Below are positions 37,419 to 49,975 of a stretch of 64,000 nucleotides of DNA, in pieces. Within the stretch, counting starts at the first letter, position 1. Each line of letters starts with the position of its first letter. The DNA is taken from NCBI GenBank assembly GCA_047967505.1, contig CM106538.1. One strand, 5' to 3'. The notes below the pieces were generated by a model that had not been told where the DNA came from, made no database searches, and saw only the letters and a program-made list of their open reading frames with translations. A program made the translations under genes and the position numbers. Source of the stretch: Dipteris shenzhenensis. Taxonomy: Eukaryota.

Positions 37419-38955
37419 CGACGGGAGGATGTAGAGTGGAACACCTTACCCGACCTAGTGGCGGAAACAAACCCCTCAACAGGGGAAGACCTCCTGCTCG
37501 AGGAGGGAGGGATGGAACCAAGTGGTGGAAAATCAACAGGGGAAAGAATCCTGGCACCTGAAGAAGAAGCCCTGTCAATAGGAAACCCAACCACTGGCTC
37601 CCCAAAAGTAGCGGGCACAAACTCCTCCTCTGGGAAATCTGAACTCTCTGCCAAGGCTGAAAACGAGTTCCTGTGGAGCAAGCCAGACACCGGAGTGCGA
37701 AGGATCCCTTGTGAGGGAAGAGGATCAAAAGTGTAAGCTATCCCCTTCCCCCTATCCAAGGGAGGAAGTGAGGAATGCTCTCTATCCTGTGTCTGCCCAG
37801 CCGCGGAGATCTCTCCTGCCTCAAAAGGAGCATCTGGCACTGCTGGATCTAAGGAAGAAGCTGCAACTGGGGAGGAGTTCGAAGCTTCAGCGTCTCGGAC
37901 TGTGCAGGGTGAGACAGGAGGGACAGCTCAAGGTGAAGCAGAGTCTACTAAGGTACCCTTGTGAACTGAAGGAGGGACCTGCACACGTACTGGAACCCAC
38001 TGTAGAGCGTCGCGTGTGCCTGAGGGAGGTGGGGGTCGAGGAGCAGGTGAAGGACCTGTACCATCCCCCTGTCGAGGCCGAGGAATAGGTGCCGGACCTG
38101 TACCACCGCCTAACTGAGGAGGACCGCCAAGCGAAGGACGAGGAGTAGGAGCTGGATCTGTACCACCCCTCTGTCAAGGTCGAGGGGCAAGTGCAGGGTC
38201 TAATCCACCCTCCTGTCCCCCCTGTCGATGCCCTGGGGCGGTAGTTGTACCAGAGGGCTTCTTGGGCCTTTTCTTCTTCCTGGGGCAATCCCTGGCAAAG
38301 TGTCCCGAGGTCCTGCAAATCCTGCACTGGTCCTGTCTGCCTGATGGCGAAAAAAGGAACCATCCGGGCGCTGGATCATAACGTGATCCATCTTGAGGTT
38401 AGGATCCTTGCAAAGGACCCTAACTCTAGGAACCCCATCAGCCTTGGTTGCCTCTGCTGCAGTCAATGGCAACCCAGGGAGGGGTGGGATCTCAACAACT
38501 GCGCCAAAATGCTCCCCAATAACAGAAAGAAGTCGATGGTAAACCTGGGGAAGCCCGGGGAACCTGATGAAGAGCGAGAAGATTTTCTTATCTGCCTCTA
38601 CTGGGTCGAAACCAATGTGAAAGGCTTCAAAGAAAATCTTCCTGTGTCCCAGGTGTAAAAACTCAGCCTTGAGCAAAGTGCTCGTAGCCTCTGGAGTGTC
38701 AAAAACAACGTGGAAAAAACCTCGTCCCAGAAGACGGACATCTAACAATCGTGGAGTGAGGTCTGGGGGGAGAGCCGCAAGCATCCAGTCTCTGGCTTGG
38801 GATCTGGAGGGGTGAGACCCGAAGATGCGTGCTAGCAACGTGGTAGAGCATTCAATCTCTACATCCTTCTTGAGCTGCTGCAACTCGTCTTTAGAGAAAG
38901 TGATAGTTTTCACGGCCGGTGGAGGTGGAGTAGGATTGGCTGACGGGGTATCCAT
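37415..38955 (-). pseudogene. LINE A ORF1 (RRM-like plus CCHC), frameshifted near 38345
   Basis: Homologous to B ORF1; CRIC..GHFARDC in a shifted frame; ends SATRSGKVF..SSRR. Confidence 0.88.
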
Positions 38956-39650
38956 CGCCAATCAAGGTGGGGAGGCCGACTCTAACAAATTAAACGCTCC
39001 TTCCGTTCCAAATAAGCTGCAGGAGAAAAGGGGGCAGAAGGAGGGGAAAGGAGGCAAGGAGGAAGCAGGGGGCAAGGGGAGGGAAGGAGGAGAGGGGTTG
39101 AGAGGGGAAAGGGGCAAGCTGAGAGGGAGGGAGGGGGCGCTGGAGGGGAGGGCTGAGAGGGAGTGGAGAAGAAGGAGAGGGAGAGGGAGAGGAAGGAGAG
39201 AAGGGAAGGGGAGGAGAGGGGGGGGGGAGGGGGCGGAGAGCAGGGAGGAGGCGGGGGGGAGCAGGCTGAGAGGTAGGGAGAGGGCTGAGAGGAAGAGAGG
39301 GGGCGGGAGAGCAGGCAGGGAGGGGGCGGAACAGCAGGGAGGGGGCGGAATAGCAGGGGGGAGGGGGCGGAAGCAGGGGGAGGGGGCGGAACAGCAGGGG
39401 GGAGGGGGCGGAAACAGGGGGAGGGGGCGGAAAGGCAGGGGGAGGGGACGAGGGACAGGCAGGGGGAGGGGGCGGAGCAGCAGGGAGGGGGCAAGGGACA
39501 GGCTCGCTGGCTGCCTTTTCCAATGCTGACAGCTTGGCAAATTTTATTATTATTATTATTATTTTTGCAAAAAGAGACTTCAATTAAGTATCAAAGAAAA
39601 ACCGTTAGAGCAAGCTCCATACGGGATACATCATGCCATGCATGAAAAGC

Positions 39651-42600
39651 TCAAGAGCCAAAAAGAAAGGATTGAGGATATAGTGCCATCTCAATCTAGT
39701 AGAAACCTCTGAGAAAAAGGGAGAACCCCTCCAAACTCGAAGAAATATAGTCCTTCTAGAAGAGGCTGCCCATGAAGGGCCCTGCATGCTAGCCCAGAAA
39801 TTTCTACGCAAATCTGCGGTGATGAAGAAGCTTTCCCAATGGGGGGCTCTGGAGGGAATCCAACCCCTACTGTTCAGCTGAAATCTCCTGGCATTACCAA
39901 CCGTGAAACGAAAGAAGGGAATCCCTCTCTCTCGGTGCCCATGATCTATCCACTCCCACTCTCCTAGGTACCACTGCAAGCACCTGATAGGTGCACCTTC
40001 ATATAACCACAACCTCCAGGATCCCAAGGCCAAGAGCAGAGGGTCGGGGTCTAAGTACCACTGCAAGCCCGCTCCATGGTCCACAAAACCAGCAATCCTG
40101 ACAGGCTGAAAGGCAACCTCAAGAAGAATGCCATCCTTGGATGTAGAAAGTAAACCTCCATCCCCAACATCAAAGACCAGTGTGTCTTCCCCGAGACCTC
40201 GGAGAGCGATCACCTGTAAAGGAACTGATGTCCTCGAAAAAGCCCCCATCCAAGTGGTGGAAGTAATAGGCAACTCAACTGTCCATTCCACCGAGATGGC
40301 TGCATCTATCTGCTGAATCTTGCGTGCTACCCCTCTGAGGTGACTCACGGACTACAGTCTCTGATCCTCAGGTAGCCTGAGAAAAGATTTCCAAGAGCCT
40401 ACTGTGTAGGCGGGGCCTCTCTCCCATTTAGACCACTACATGTAATGGGAAGTGCCCAGTGGTCTGGCATGCTCGTCAAGAATACTATCATTCCAAATGA
40501 TCGGCTGCCTATCAATCTCTTCGACGGTAGAAGGTGGAATCCTTCGAAGAGTGTTCCTGAAGCTCTCCCAAGCTTTCAGAATGGCAGTCATGAGAGGAGA
40601 GGCAGGAGATCTGAGAGGGGCTGAAGTGAAAATCCAGCGAGGGCTGTCCACCCAATCATCTCCCAAGGTTGGTGTGCAAGGCTGAATGTGTCCAAAAAAG
40701 AAATCCTTCCAAGGTTCCTGCCCAGGCATGAGTCCCCTCACCACCACCTTACAAAGCAATGCCCTGCACTGCATGTCTGGGTCAATGACATTAAGGCCCT
40801 CTTCACATGTAGGGAGAATAATGGTCTTCCAGGCCACCCTTGCTGTAACATCTACTGTGCCATCAAGTCTACTCCATAAAAAATTCCTGACTGGTCTGAT
40901 GAGCTGAGTGATGCAATCCCTAGACCGGCACCAACAAGAACACACAAACCAGGAGGTGGCCAAGAGAACCTGGTTCACTACCACAACTCTAGATGCAAGG
41001 TCGAGTTTGGCAGAGCTCCAGAAAAGGAGCTTTTTCCTTATACTTTCTAGTACTGGGGCAAACTGCTGTGCTGGAGAGATGTCCAATCCTACCTGGCATC
41101 CCAAATACCTGATAGGAACACCCCTCTGAATCCAGGAAAAACCAATGTCAATTCCCCAGTCTGGAGTGTCCTCATCACTGATCCAAAAGCCAAAGGATTT
41201 ATGCCAGTTAATGTGTGCCCGTGCAACTGAGCAAAAAATATCCAAGGCTGTCCGGAAAGAATCAGGTCACTGCAAGGAGGCCTCAATAAAAATAGCAGTG
41301 TCATCAGCCAACTCACAGTCAAAAAGCTCCTGCTCCTGCTCCTGTGTCTGTCTCAAGGGCAATCTCAGCCCAAAAAGATCAGCCTGAGATCTAAGGAAGA
41401 TACTCATAGCTTTTGCCACAAAAAGAAAGAGGAAGGGGGCTAAAGGGCATCCCTGACGAACTGATCTGGAAATCTGAAACCTGTCACCACTTACCCCTCC
41501 AATCAAAACCTGGCTGTGGGCTGATCTGTAAAGGGAGGCCACCCCTCTGATCCAAGCATCTGAAAATGCAAATCGTAGAAGAGTGCCCTCAAGAAAACCC
41601 CAATCTACTCTGTCATAGGCTTTTTCGAAGTCCAAGAGTAAAACTGCTAGCCTCTGCCCACTCTGCATAGCCCACTCTGTGGCTTCCCAAAAGGAAAAGA
41701 TATTATAAAAAATGCTCCTGCCATGCACAAAGCCTATCTGATTATCACGGATGAGGTCTGGAAGAAGGGGCTGTAATCGGATGCTGATCGCCTTGGCAAG
41801 GATTTTGTAAAGAGTGCCCAAAAGAGTGATGGGTCTCCAATGGGATACAAAATTCCTGTTGCCACCTTTCGGGATAAGGTGAATGAGTCCCTCGGTCAGT
41901 GAGTCAGACATCTCACCTGAGTCCCAAATGCCCTGCAGCGCTGAAGTAATATGACCACCTATCATATCCCAAAAGGCTATATAAAAAGAAGTAAGACCAT
42001 CGGAACCAGGGCATTTGCCCTTATGAAGGGCAGAGAGAGCAGTCTTGAATTCTGTGTTGGTAAAGCATGCATCAAGTGAGCATAACATCTCTGGGGTGAC
42101 CAACACAGGTAAACTCTGCCAAACTTCATCTCTAGCCACCTCTCTAGCCTGTGAGTTCGGATCTCCGGAAAGTAGGGAGGTATAGAAAGCTGTCGCTAAA
42201 TGCATGACGGTTTCCGGATGGGACTGCAAAACACCGTCAGAGTCAATAAGCTGCCTGGCACTCTCTCTACTATGTCTGGGACCAAGTGTAGAGAAAAAGT
42301 GTTTATTAACTCTCCCTCCCATCTGTATCCAAAAGGACTCCCGTACATGGAAGGCATACTCTGCTCTCTGATCAAGCAAGGTCTGCAAGTGAGCCCTTGC
42401 CGCAGCAAGGCGCTCCTGTATCCAAGCAATTGATGGTCGTTTCTACTCCTCCCTCTGTAGGGCTGCCAGCTGCCGGCGGATACCGATCTCTCGCTTGAGT
42501 ACCTCACCTCGCCGAGCACTAGCAATGGAGTGATAGAAGTCGCTGATACTGGCAAGTGCTGTGGCCACATGTGAAGGACCGGCCACCCCCCCTTGCATAT

Positions 42601-43444
42601 GAGAAACCCAGATCTCCAACACTACCTCTGTAAGAGTCTCATCTGTGTATAAGGCGTCTAGGATTCTGATACTATGAGATCGTCCTCTCAGATGAGGCTC
42701 TGAAATGGACAAAATTACCGGAAAATGGTCTGAAGTGGAAACACCGGGTGCAATGCAAACTGTCCCCCCTCTATCAAGAGCCGAGTTACCCACATAGAAT
42801 CTGTCAATCCGAGCATGGATAGGCATCTGCACCCTATGGTTCGACCATGAAAACAAAAGTGACTGAGACTGAACAAGAAATGCATCATCTGACCAAACAT
42901 CTCTGCTAGTGAACCTGAACAAGAAGGCATCCCAGGCTGCTCTCTCAAGGGGGTGGATACCACCTTCTCTGCCCCCTTTCTTATCAGAAGGTGCCTCAAC
43001 CATGTTGAAGTCACCTCCAATAATCCACGAATCCGCAATGTCAGCCCAGGAGAGCAACTCTTTCCAAAACAAAACACGGTCCCCTCTGTTGTTTGGAGCA
43101 TAAAGGTTGAGGAAACCAACCTTACATCCGTCAATCAAAAGTAAAACCCACTGGGCCCTGGAGGGGGTTATGGTACCGTGTCCAATGACCAGAGGGAGAA
43201 TAGAGTCTGAAACTGAAATGCATGTACCTCCTCTGGTTCCCAAGGCAGGAAGCCAAAAAGTCCGGCCTGAGAGCAGCTTACCTAACTTGGAGCAATCTCT
43301 GATATCCAGTTTGTGTTCCTGAAGAAAAAGAATGTCTAGGGAACCACCTGAAACACCTGGATGGAGCTGGTTCTTGATCAGCTGTCAGGGACGGCGATGA
43401 GGGATGCCGCCCAATCCCTGTATATTCCAACTGGCTATCCTCAT
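39651..43444 (-). pseudogene. LINE B ORF2, several stops and a 549-bp deletion
   Basis: MRIASWNIQGL start at 43444; EN and RT motifs in ORFs 42443, 41267, 40436, 39605. Confidence 0.94.
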
Positions 43445-44814
43445 CGGCGGGAGGAAGTGGGTTGGAATACCTTACCCGACCTGGTGGCGGAAACAGAAAC
43501 CTCTACCGGAGTAGACCTCCTGCCATACACACGAGGTCCAAGGGGAGGAAAGTCCACAGGTGAGAGAGAGAAGGATCTCTCAAGAGGGATGCCGATAACT
43601 GGCTCTGCAAAAGTAGAGGGTACAAAATTATCATCTGGGAGGCTAGAGAGGTCCTCCAAAGCGGAAAATGAGTTCTGCTGAGCCAGTCCTGGGGAGGGGG
43701 TACGAAGGATTCCTACCGAAGCAGGAAGAGAATCTAAAACCCTCTTCCCTCTGTCCAAAGAGGGAGGCACCTGTACTGGATCCTGATCAAAAAGTGGTGC
43801 GGACGAGGTGCCAACAACCATTGCTGAGGAAGGTACAGCCTGATCCAAGGGTGGAGTCGAACAAGGCTCCTGAATAGTAGTCTCCTCCTGAGGCTCCAAG
43901 GGGGTAGCCTTCGAAGAGGTGGAGGAGTGAACTAAAGTAGAGGGCCTAGCCGCGATCGAAACCCACCGTGGGCCAGAGGTGGTGCGGGGTGCCGAAGGGA
44001 CTCCAGTAGCCCTAGGAGAGGGGGGAGCCCGTGTCTGAGGCCGTGTCTGTGGAGCGGTAGGTCTTGTTCCAGCTCTCTGTCGTAAGCTAGTACGAGTTGG
44101 TTGCTTTGTGGGCCTCTTTTTTTTCTTTGGGCAATCTCTAGCGAAGTGCCCCGAGGATTTGCAAATTCTGCACTGGTCCTGCCGATCTGCAACCTCAAAT
44201 CTCTGGCGGAAGAAGGACCCATGGGGTCGCTGTAGCATGATGTGGTCATCTGAAATATTGGGGTCCTGGACAATGATCCTAACCCTGGGTACCCTGTCCA
44301 TCCTGACCGCCTCAGCAGCCGAAGAGGGCTCGCCAGGGAGAGGGGGGATCTCTGCCACCATACCAAACCTCTTGCCAATAATTGAAAGAAGCCGGTGATA
44401 AACTGAGGGAAGACCAGGGAACCTGATGAAAACAGAAACTCGCTGCTTGTCCTCTTCAACTGGGTCAAATCCCAGTTGAAAAGGAAACAAAAAGATCCTC
44501 CTGTAGCCTAGAAGTAGAAACCCGGCCTGTAGCAGGTCTCTCGTGACGTCCGAGGAATCTAGGCACACCTGAAAGAAACCCCGTCCCAACAAACGAACAT
44601 CCTTGAGGTGGGGGGCGAGGTCCTGAGGAGGCGCTGCCAGCATCCAATCTCTAGCTTGTGACCTGGAGGGGTGTGAGCCATGAATGCATGCGAAGAGAGT
44701 TGTGGAACACTCATGCTCCAAATCCTTTTGCAACTACTGCAGCTTGTCTTTTTTAAAAGTGATAGTTCTCGCGGCCGGTGTGGGCGGAGACGGATTGTCT
44801 GAATGGGAACCCAT
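43441..44814 (-). pseudogene. LINE B ORF1, one premature TAG near 44735
   Basis: LLGRGFF RRM-like segment, CRICKSSGHFARDC, Pro/Ser-rich tail. Confidence 0.9.
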
Positions 44815-45749
44815 TCGTCAATCGAGGTGTGTTGGCTGATTCAAACATAAAAAATAGAACTCCGTCCGCTTTCCTGAAAACCCAGCAGACCCCTAAAAGA
44901 GAACAGGGGTACTCCGAATGAACGAGGGGGTGAAGAACAAGGGAGAGAGAAGAAGAAACCAAGGGGAGACAACGGCAGCAAGGAGGAGGAGGGGAGGATA
45001 GAGGAGAGGAGGAGAGGAGGAGAGGGGGAGAAGAGGAGTAGAGGAGAGGGGAAGGAGAGAGGAGGAGAGGAGAGGGGAGGAGAAGCAAGGAAGAGCAGGG
45101 GGGGAGAGGAGGGGATAGGCTGCAGCGGGGGGGGGGGGGGCAGCAGGCTGCAGCGGGGAGGGAGCAGCAGCAGGTGCGGGGGGGAGCAGCAGGCTGCAGC
45201 GCAGGGGGAGCAGCAGCAGGCACGGGGGGGGAGCAGCGCGGGAGGCTGCAGCAGCAGGGGCAGCGCGCAGGGGAGAAGGCAGCACGGGGGAAGGGGGCAG
45301 AGCAGGGGAGAGGGCAGGTAGGAGGGGGCAGCGAGGAGGGAAGGGAGGGGGCAGCGAGGAGGGAGCAGGAGGAGCAGCAGGGAGCGGGGAGAGAAGCAGC
45401 AGGAGGAGCGGGGAGAGGAGCAGCAGCAGGGAGGAGGAGCAGCAGGAGGGAAGGGAGGGGGCATCGAGCAGGGAGAGGAGGGGAGCAGGAGGAGCGGGGA
45501 GCAGCAGCAGCAGCAAAACTCCTTTTGTTGCTCTAACAGCTTGGCAAAATTTAAGGGCATAGTTGTGGCGGAAGTTAATCATGCACGTCAGACCTTTTGC
45601 CCATATACAAGAGAATTTGCTATTGAGACAGGTAGTTTGAAACAATGATGCTCATGTAGATCAAAGGGTGCTAAACCTATATACTAGATAGTAGACTTGC
45701 TCATGTAGATCGGAGGGTGCTAAACCTATAGACTTCCTCAATTAGCTTA

Positions 45750-48455
45750 AAACTCAAGATGCTTTAGTCCACAAATGCATAGTCTGAGGTGGAGTTAACA
45801 TGATGGATGTGTAGAGTACTTTCTTGATCTCTCCAAGAAGCTGGACATATATAAGCATCGATGCAAGCAACAACATAAGAGGATAAAGAACTCGAGGGCG
45901 AGTTTGCTTTGCTGAAGAGTGCTTGGGGTGCAAATCAAGAATTGGCATAGGTGATATTAGAAAGGCAAGCCTTGCAAGCAAATCTGGATGCATTGAGGGC
46001 AGAATGGGAAATGGTGGTCGACCTATAGAATTGGATGCAGAGGGTGTTGAGGGCCGTGGTTTTATTGGACCTTGATTTTACCGATCCCCTAGTCCTTGTA
46101 CGAAAGGACTAGGTATGCCGCTCAACAAGATTGGGTTTTAGTAATGAGTTTGACAAGAACCCCTTAAGCATGATACTACCTACGATTCTAGGGGAATCAA
46201 GTATAATGCTAGCCAAGCAATTAGTCGTAAGTGTGCATAATATAACTGACCATTCAAGCAAGGCTATGATGACTCCATAAACCTTCTTGGGCTAAAGAGA
46301 AGCCTACTGCTTTGTCCTGCGGAGGTATTCGAGGAGAGCAACACGTATAATATCCTTTAGCCTAATAGTCCCTTAGTGCCAAGAGTTTGTTCGCCATCAA
46401 CTAGAGATGAGAATCCTCTCTATCCAGCAAACCTGGGGAAACACTTGATAGATCTAGCGGCACTTAAGGACACCTCCTAGCACTTTCAACCATTATGCTC
46501 CTCCCATGCTCCCTCAACGCCCATCATACTCATCCCATCATCATGGCAAATGAGGCCAATGTCATCATCACAAACCTCTGAGTCTAAGTCACTCTCATAT
46601 GCCTCTCTAACGCCTCTACCATTGATTGCAATAAAGCTATCCTCATACAGCTAGAATATGATTTGTGTCCACCACTCTCATAATAATCATATGCATCATC
46701 CAATGTGTTAGAAAAATCTATGAGTTTATCTCTAGCTTTGTTAAGTTTCCTAGATGAGGGTCATGGCAAAATTCCTTAATGATCCCATAGATCGAGCATT
46801 GGGGGACAAAGCTGAGGAGTACCCTTGGCAGGTGAGTTGAAGCCTTACCGAGTGGTTTGAAATATTTAGTGAGCTTCAAAGAGTCTGGTACCAGGACCCA
46901 GTAGATTGAATGCCATGCAAGTGAGAGTAGTTAGAGATGGGAGGGTTGAGGGAACTCCGAGAAACTGAGCCTTGCCATGCCAATAGGGCTAGTTTTGATG
47001 CCTGATTAGGCACAAATAAGACTGACTTTGGTTTAGAAGAACCCAATTTGGTGGGAGAGGTTAATCAAGCAAATGCACCACTGTAGGAACAAGGCTCAGA
47101 TTCTACACTAGCGCAGGTGTAAAGGCTGACGATCTGCAGGTAGGATACCTAGAAAAGAAAGCATTAGAAGCTAGCATTGACTTATTATCTGCACCCCATA
47201 ATTGAGATAGGAGATTTAGCAATTGAGCCGGTGTCCGTACTCCTCTCGAACAATTATGTGGTTGTTTTCAATACACCACAATAGAAAACTCCACTAATAA
47301 TTGTGCCAATGCCTTGTTGAAATAAAAAAATTTGTTGAATAGAATGGAGGAGATGCCCAGATTGCGGTCTAAGGCCAAGGTACTTGACTATCTGCTCTAG
47401 CAAGTGAAGTAGCTCGAGCAGTCGGAGTCAATACTTAGTCAAACAGAGATCTATTAGTGCAGCCATCTAAAACAGGTATAGAACAAAATTTTTGATTGGT
47501 CAAAACTCTAGGATGGTCAAACTTTGACCAGATTTTGATTGTTTCCCCCAAATGGAACAATCTGAAGCTGGAGGCCCAAATTGGAGCTGAAAAAAGAAGC
47601 ATTCAAGGGGATTTCGGCATGGAAATGAAGCTCTTACTGAGAACTACTTCCAGCAAAGAGAAATGGCGAAATTTCACGTTGTGTCATAGTGGAGAGATGT
47701 GCCTATTCCGATTGGTATTTGTGTGATTTGTCTACAATCACTGCACCATTTGAGCTCAAATTTCGTGAGCAAACTCCTTACAGCATTGCCCTACGGTGTG
47801 TTAAAGGAATTAGTGCAATTGTACTCCAGCATGACGAATTCATTGAAGTTTTGTTGAAAGTTTGTCAAACGAAGACTGTGTCGGCATGCGCAGTAGAGGC
47901 GAGCATTCTCCAATTCCTTTGAGCCAAAGAGTCGCCCCAAGTCAAGGATGCTTCAGCTCAAAGGGCTTGGCAAATCATGCAGCAACAAAGCTAAGAAAAA
48001 TCTGGAAGAGAAAGAGGGAAAAATGTGGAAGGAGGTGGAGAGTGGAGAAGAAGGTGATGAGGTGGCACTTTGGAGCTAGATTAAGCTAGGAGCATGAGGT
48101 GGAAGCTCAAGGAGGATAGAGTGTCTCTGATATGACATGTTGGGAAGTGGGAGAGAAGGAGGAGATCATGGAAGAGAGTGTGGGAACCAAAGAGCAAAAT
48201 GTTCCATCGAGTTGAGAGAAAGTCCTTTTTTTTTATAGAATGGGAGAGAGATTGGCCTAGATCATAGGTACCTCTCCTACATCAAAGGAAATCATTCCCT
48301 ACATCATAAATCAAAGGCACCTCCCCATGTGGGGGCCTTTGCATTACATCATCACTTATGTCATAGTCTAGACATATCATAGCACTTAGTGTGCTACACA
48401 CACACACACACACACATGATCATAGAGCAAGCCCTTGATCACAAAATTCCCGACA
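45750..48455 (-). mobile_element. heavily decayed LTR element 5' part; LTR 48138-48455
   Basis: TGTTGGGAA...TTCCCGACA terminal inverted repeat; degenerate iMet PBS (tctctgatatga, 48124-48135); internal extent uncertain. Confidence 0.6.
48396..48416. repeat. (CA)n microsatellite inside the LTR
   Basis: acacacacacacacacacaca. Confidence 0.95.
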
Positions 48456-49114
48456 TGACTCTTGTGGGGTAATGGGTGGTAAATGTGTGTGTGCTTTGGG
48501 ACGGGGTAGTGGTCCAAAAGAGGTTTAGATCCTTTTTTTGGGGGGGGGAGGTCTAGATCCTTTGAAGCAACTTACCATTATGTACACAGTAGTATGAGAT
48601 AGTATTGGTTCATTGATGGCTAGTGGATCATAGATGGAGGTGTACGCATGAGTGTTTGAATACTTGCAGCATGGAAAAGATTCCATTGGTTATGTTTATT
48701 TTATCATGATGCTAGCTTGGGGGCTTGTCCCAACACTTAAATGTATTTGTGCCATATAGAGGGAGGCATGTTCCCTTATCTTGTTGTTTTACATTCACCA
48801 AGGATACTGAATGATTTAGTGCCGGGGAAAACTGTTGTAGGCCTTGTGGAGAATGGAGTAGAAGAGGCCTAAATGGGGATAAGTAGGAGAGAGCCATGTG
48901 GCATAAAAGGAGTTACCCCACATATGATGGGTTGTGGAGAGGGCTTGGGGAAGTTGCCATAAGTGTATTTGAAGGAGACTTGTGTTTTGGAAAAAGGGGG
49001 AATTCTGCATCTGAGTCTTATCTTGTTTCATTTGTTGGTGTACTCTTCTTTCAGTAATTTGTGATTATAGGTTGTCTTACCATAGGGCCTAGGACACACT
49101 CCCCCCAAAAAAAA

Positions 49115-49169
49115 TGTGTGTAGATATGTATGTATATAAATGCATATACATACACATACACACACACAC
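49115..49169. repeat. compound (TG/TA/CA)n microsatellite
   Basis: tgtgtgtagatatgtatgtatataaatgcatatacatacacatacacacacacac. Confidence 0.9.
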
Positions 49170-49975
49170 TTGTTTTTTGGGAGGGTAAAAGAACCTTTCA
49201 TTAAGAAGAATGTACATTCATAGCTATCTCAAAGTGAGACAAGTACTACTCATGCTAAAAAACTGAAAAGAAAACATACTCTAGTTGCTCCAGTAAAGAA
49301 CAGGTAGTACTAGACAGCTAAAGACACTTCTAGCTAGGCCGCAGGAAGAACACCCATGAAATGTGCATCCTGAAGGGAGCGATGCAGGGAGGAACGGAAG
49401 AAATGATAAACATCCACAGTGGATTGTCCATAGAGCCGAGAGTTATGGGCATGATATAAAGACCATAGTGCCCAATAACGACACCAAGTGAAAAATTGAA
49501 TATAGTCGGTGTAGAAGTATATCTCTCAAAAAACCAAAAGTGCCTACCATAAGCAATGCTAGGAAATCAGACACGAAGATAAGTCCCCAATCTGGAAAGA
49601 AAATCATTGGGCAACCGGGCATATCTAGAGTAGATGCAGGACTGTCTCCCTTGGATATGAACAAGATGGACAATGGGAGGAAGTAATGCACATGGCAACG
49701 AAGAATGAACTCATTGGTAGAGCACCAACCAAACACCGCCATAAGAAATGTTGTTGCCTGAGTAGGAGCTTATTACTGTTCCAAATACGACCAAGACAAA
49801 CCTTCCACCAAGTAAGAGGTTTGTCCAAATGCCAAATAAAAAGGCCACGCTCTTGAATCCATAGCTGTGATAAAAGAAGATGATAAGCTTTCTTGGCAGC
49901 AATATCTGCCACAAAGAAGAAAGTAGAATAACCTAGAATGCCTCGATCTCGAATCTCCAATCCATAAGAGAATGG
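49170..49975 (-). mobile_element. 3' fragment of an older D-related LINE (D')
   Basis: T tract 49170-49178; WHLDKPLTWW..FLWRCLVGALP..CPSCSYPRETVLHLL homologous to the D ORF2 C-terminus. Confidence 0.85.

Larger units (their letters stand above)
33253..39505 (-). mobile_element. full-length LINE, family A (L1 clade)
   Basis: 17-bp TSD gctggctgccttttcca at 33236-33252 and 39506-39522; C-rich 5' UTR; ORF1; ORF2 EN-RT-zf. Confidence 0.96.
39542..45535 (-). mobile_element. full-length LINE, family B (L1 clade)
   Basis: 13-bp TSD acagcttggcaaa at 39529-39541 and 45536-45548; A/(TAA)n tail 39542-39566; ORF1 and ORF2. Confidence 0.96.
33232..45631 (+). pseudogene. reconstructed 123-bp exon (33232-33252 + 39523-39541 + 45549-45631) split by LINEs A and B
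   Basis: After removing both LINEs and one copy of each TSD: tatatgcag| ... ACAG|gtagtt, open for 41 codons, phase 1 to 1, in frame with the 26537-26748 exon. Confidence 0.55.

Noticed and set aside
38325-38350. Conserved programmed frameshift in ORF1 (ADRTSAG appears in both A and H ORFs)
   Set aside because: It is the shifted frame of the knuckle region; A has a small deletion, H has an in-frame stop, and B is open
45649-45730. 33-bp direct repeat tgctcatgtagatc..agggtgctaaacctata
   Set aside because: Only two copies; ordinary local duplication
48477-49082. Solo LTR (TGGTAA...TTACCA)
   Set aside because: Flanks atggg/taggg are not a convincing TSD and there is no second copy in the window; left unannotated
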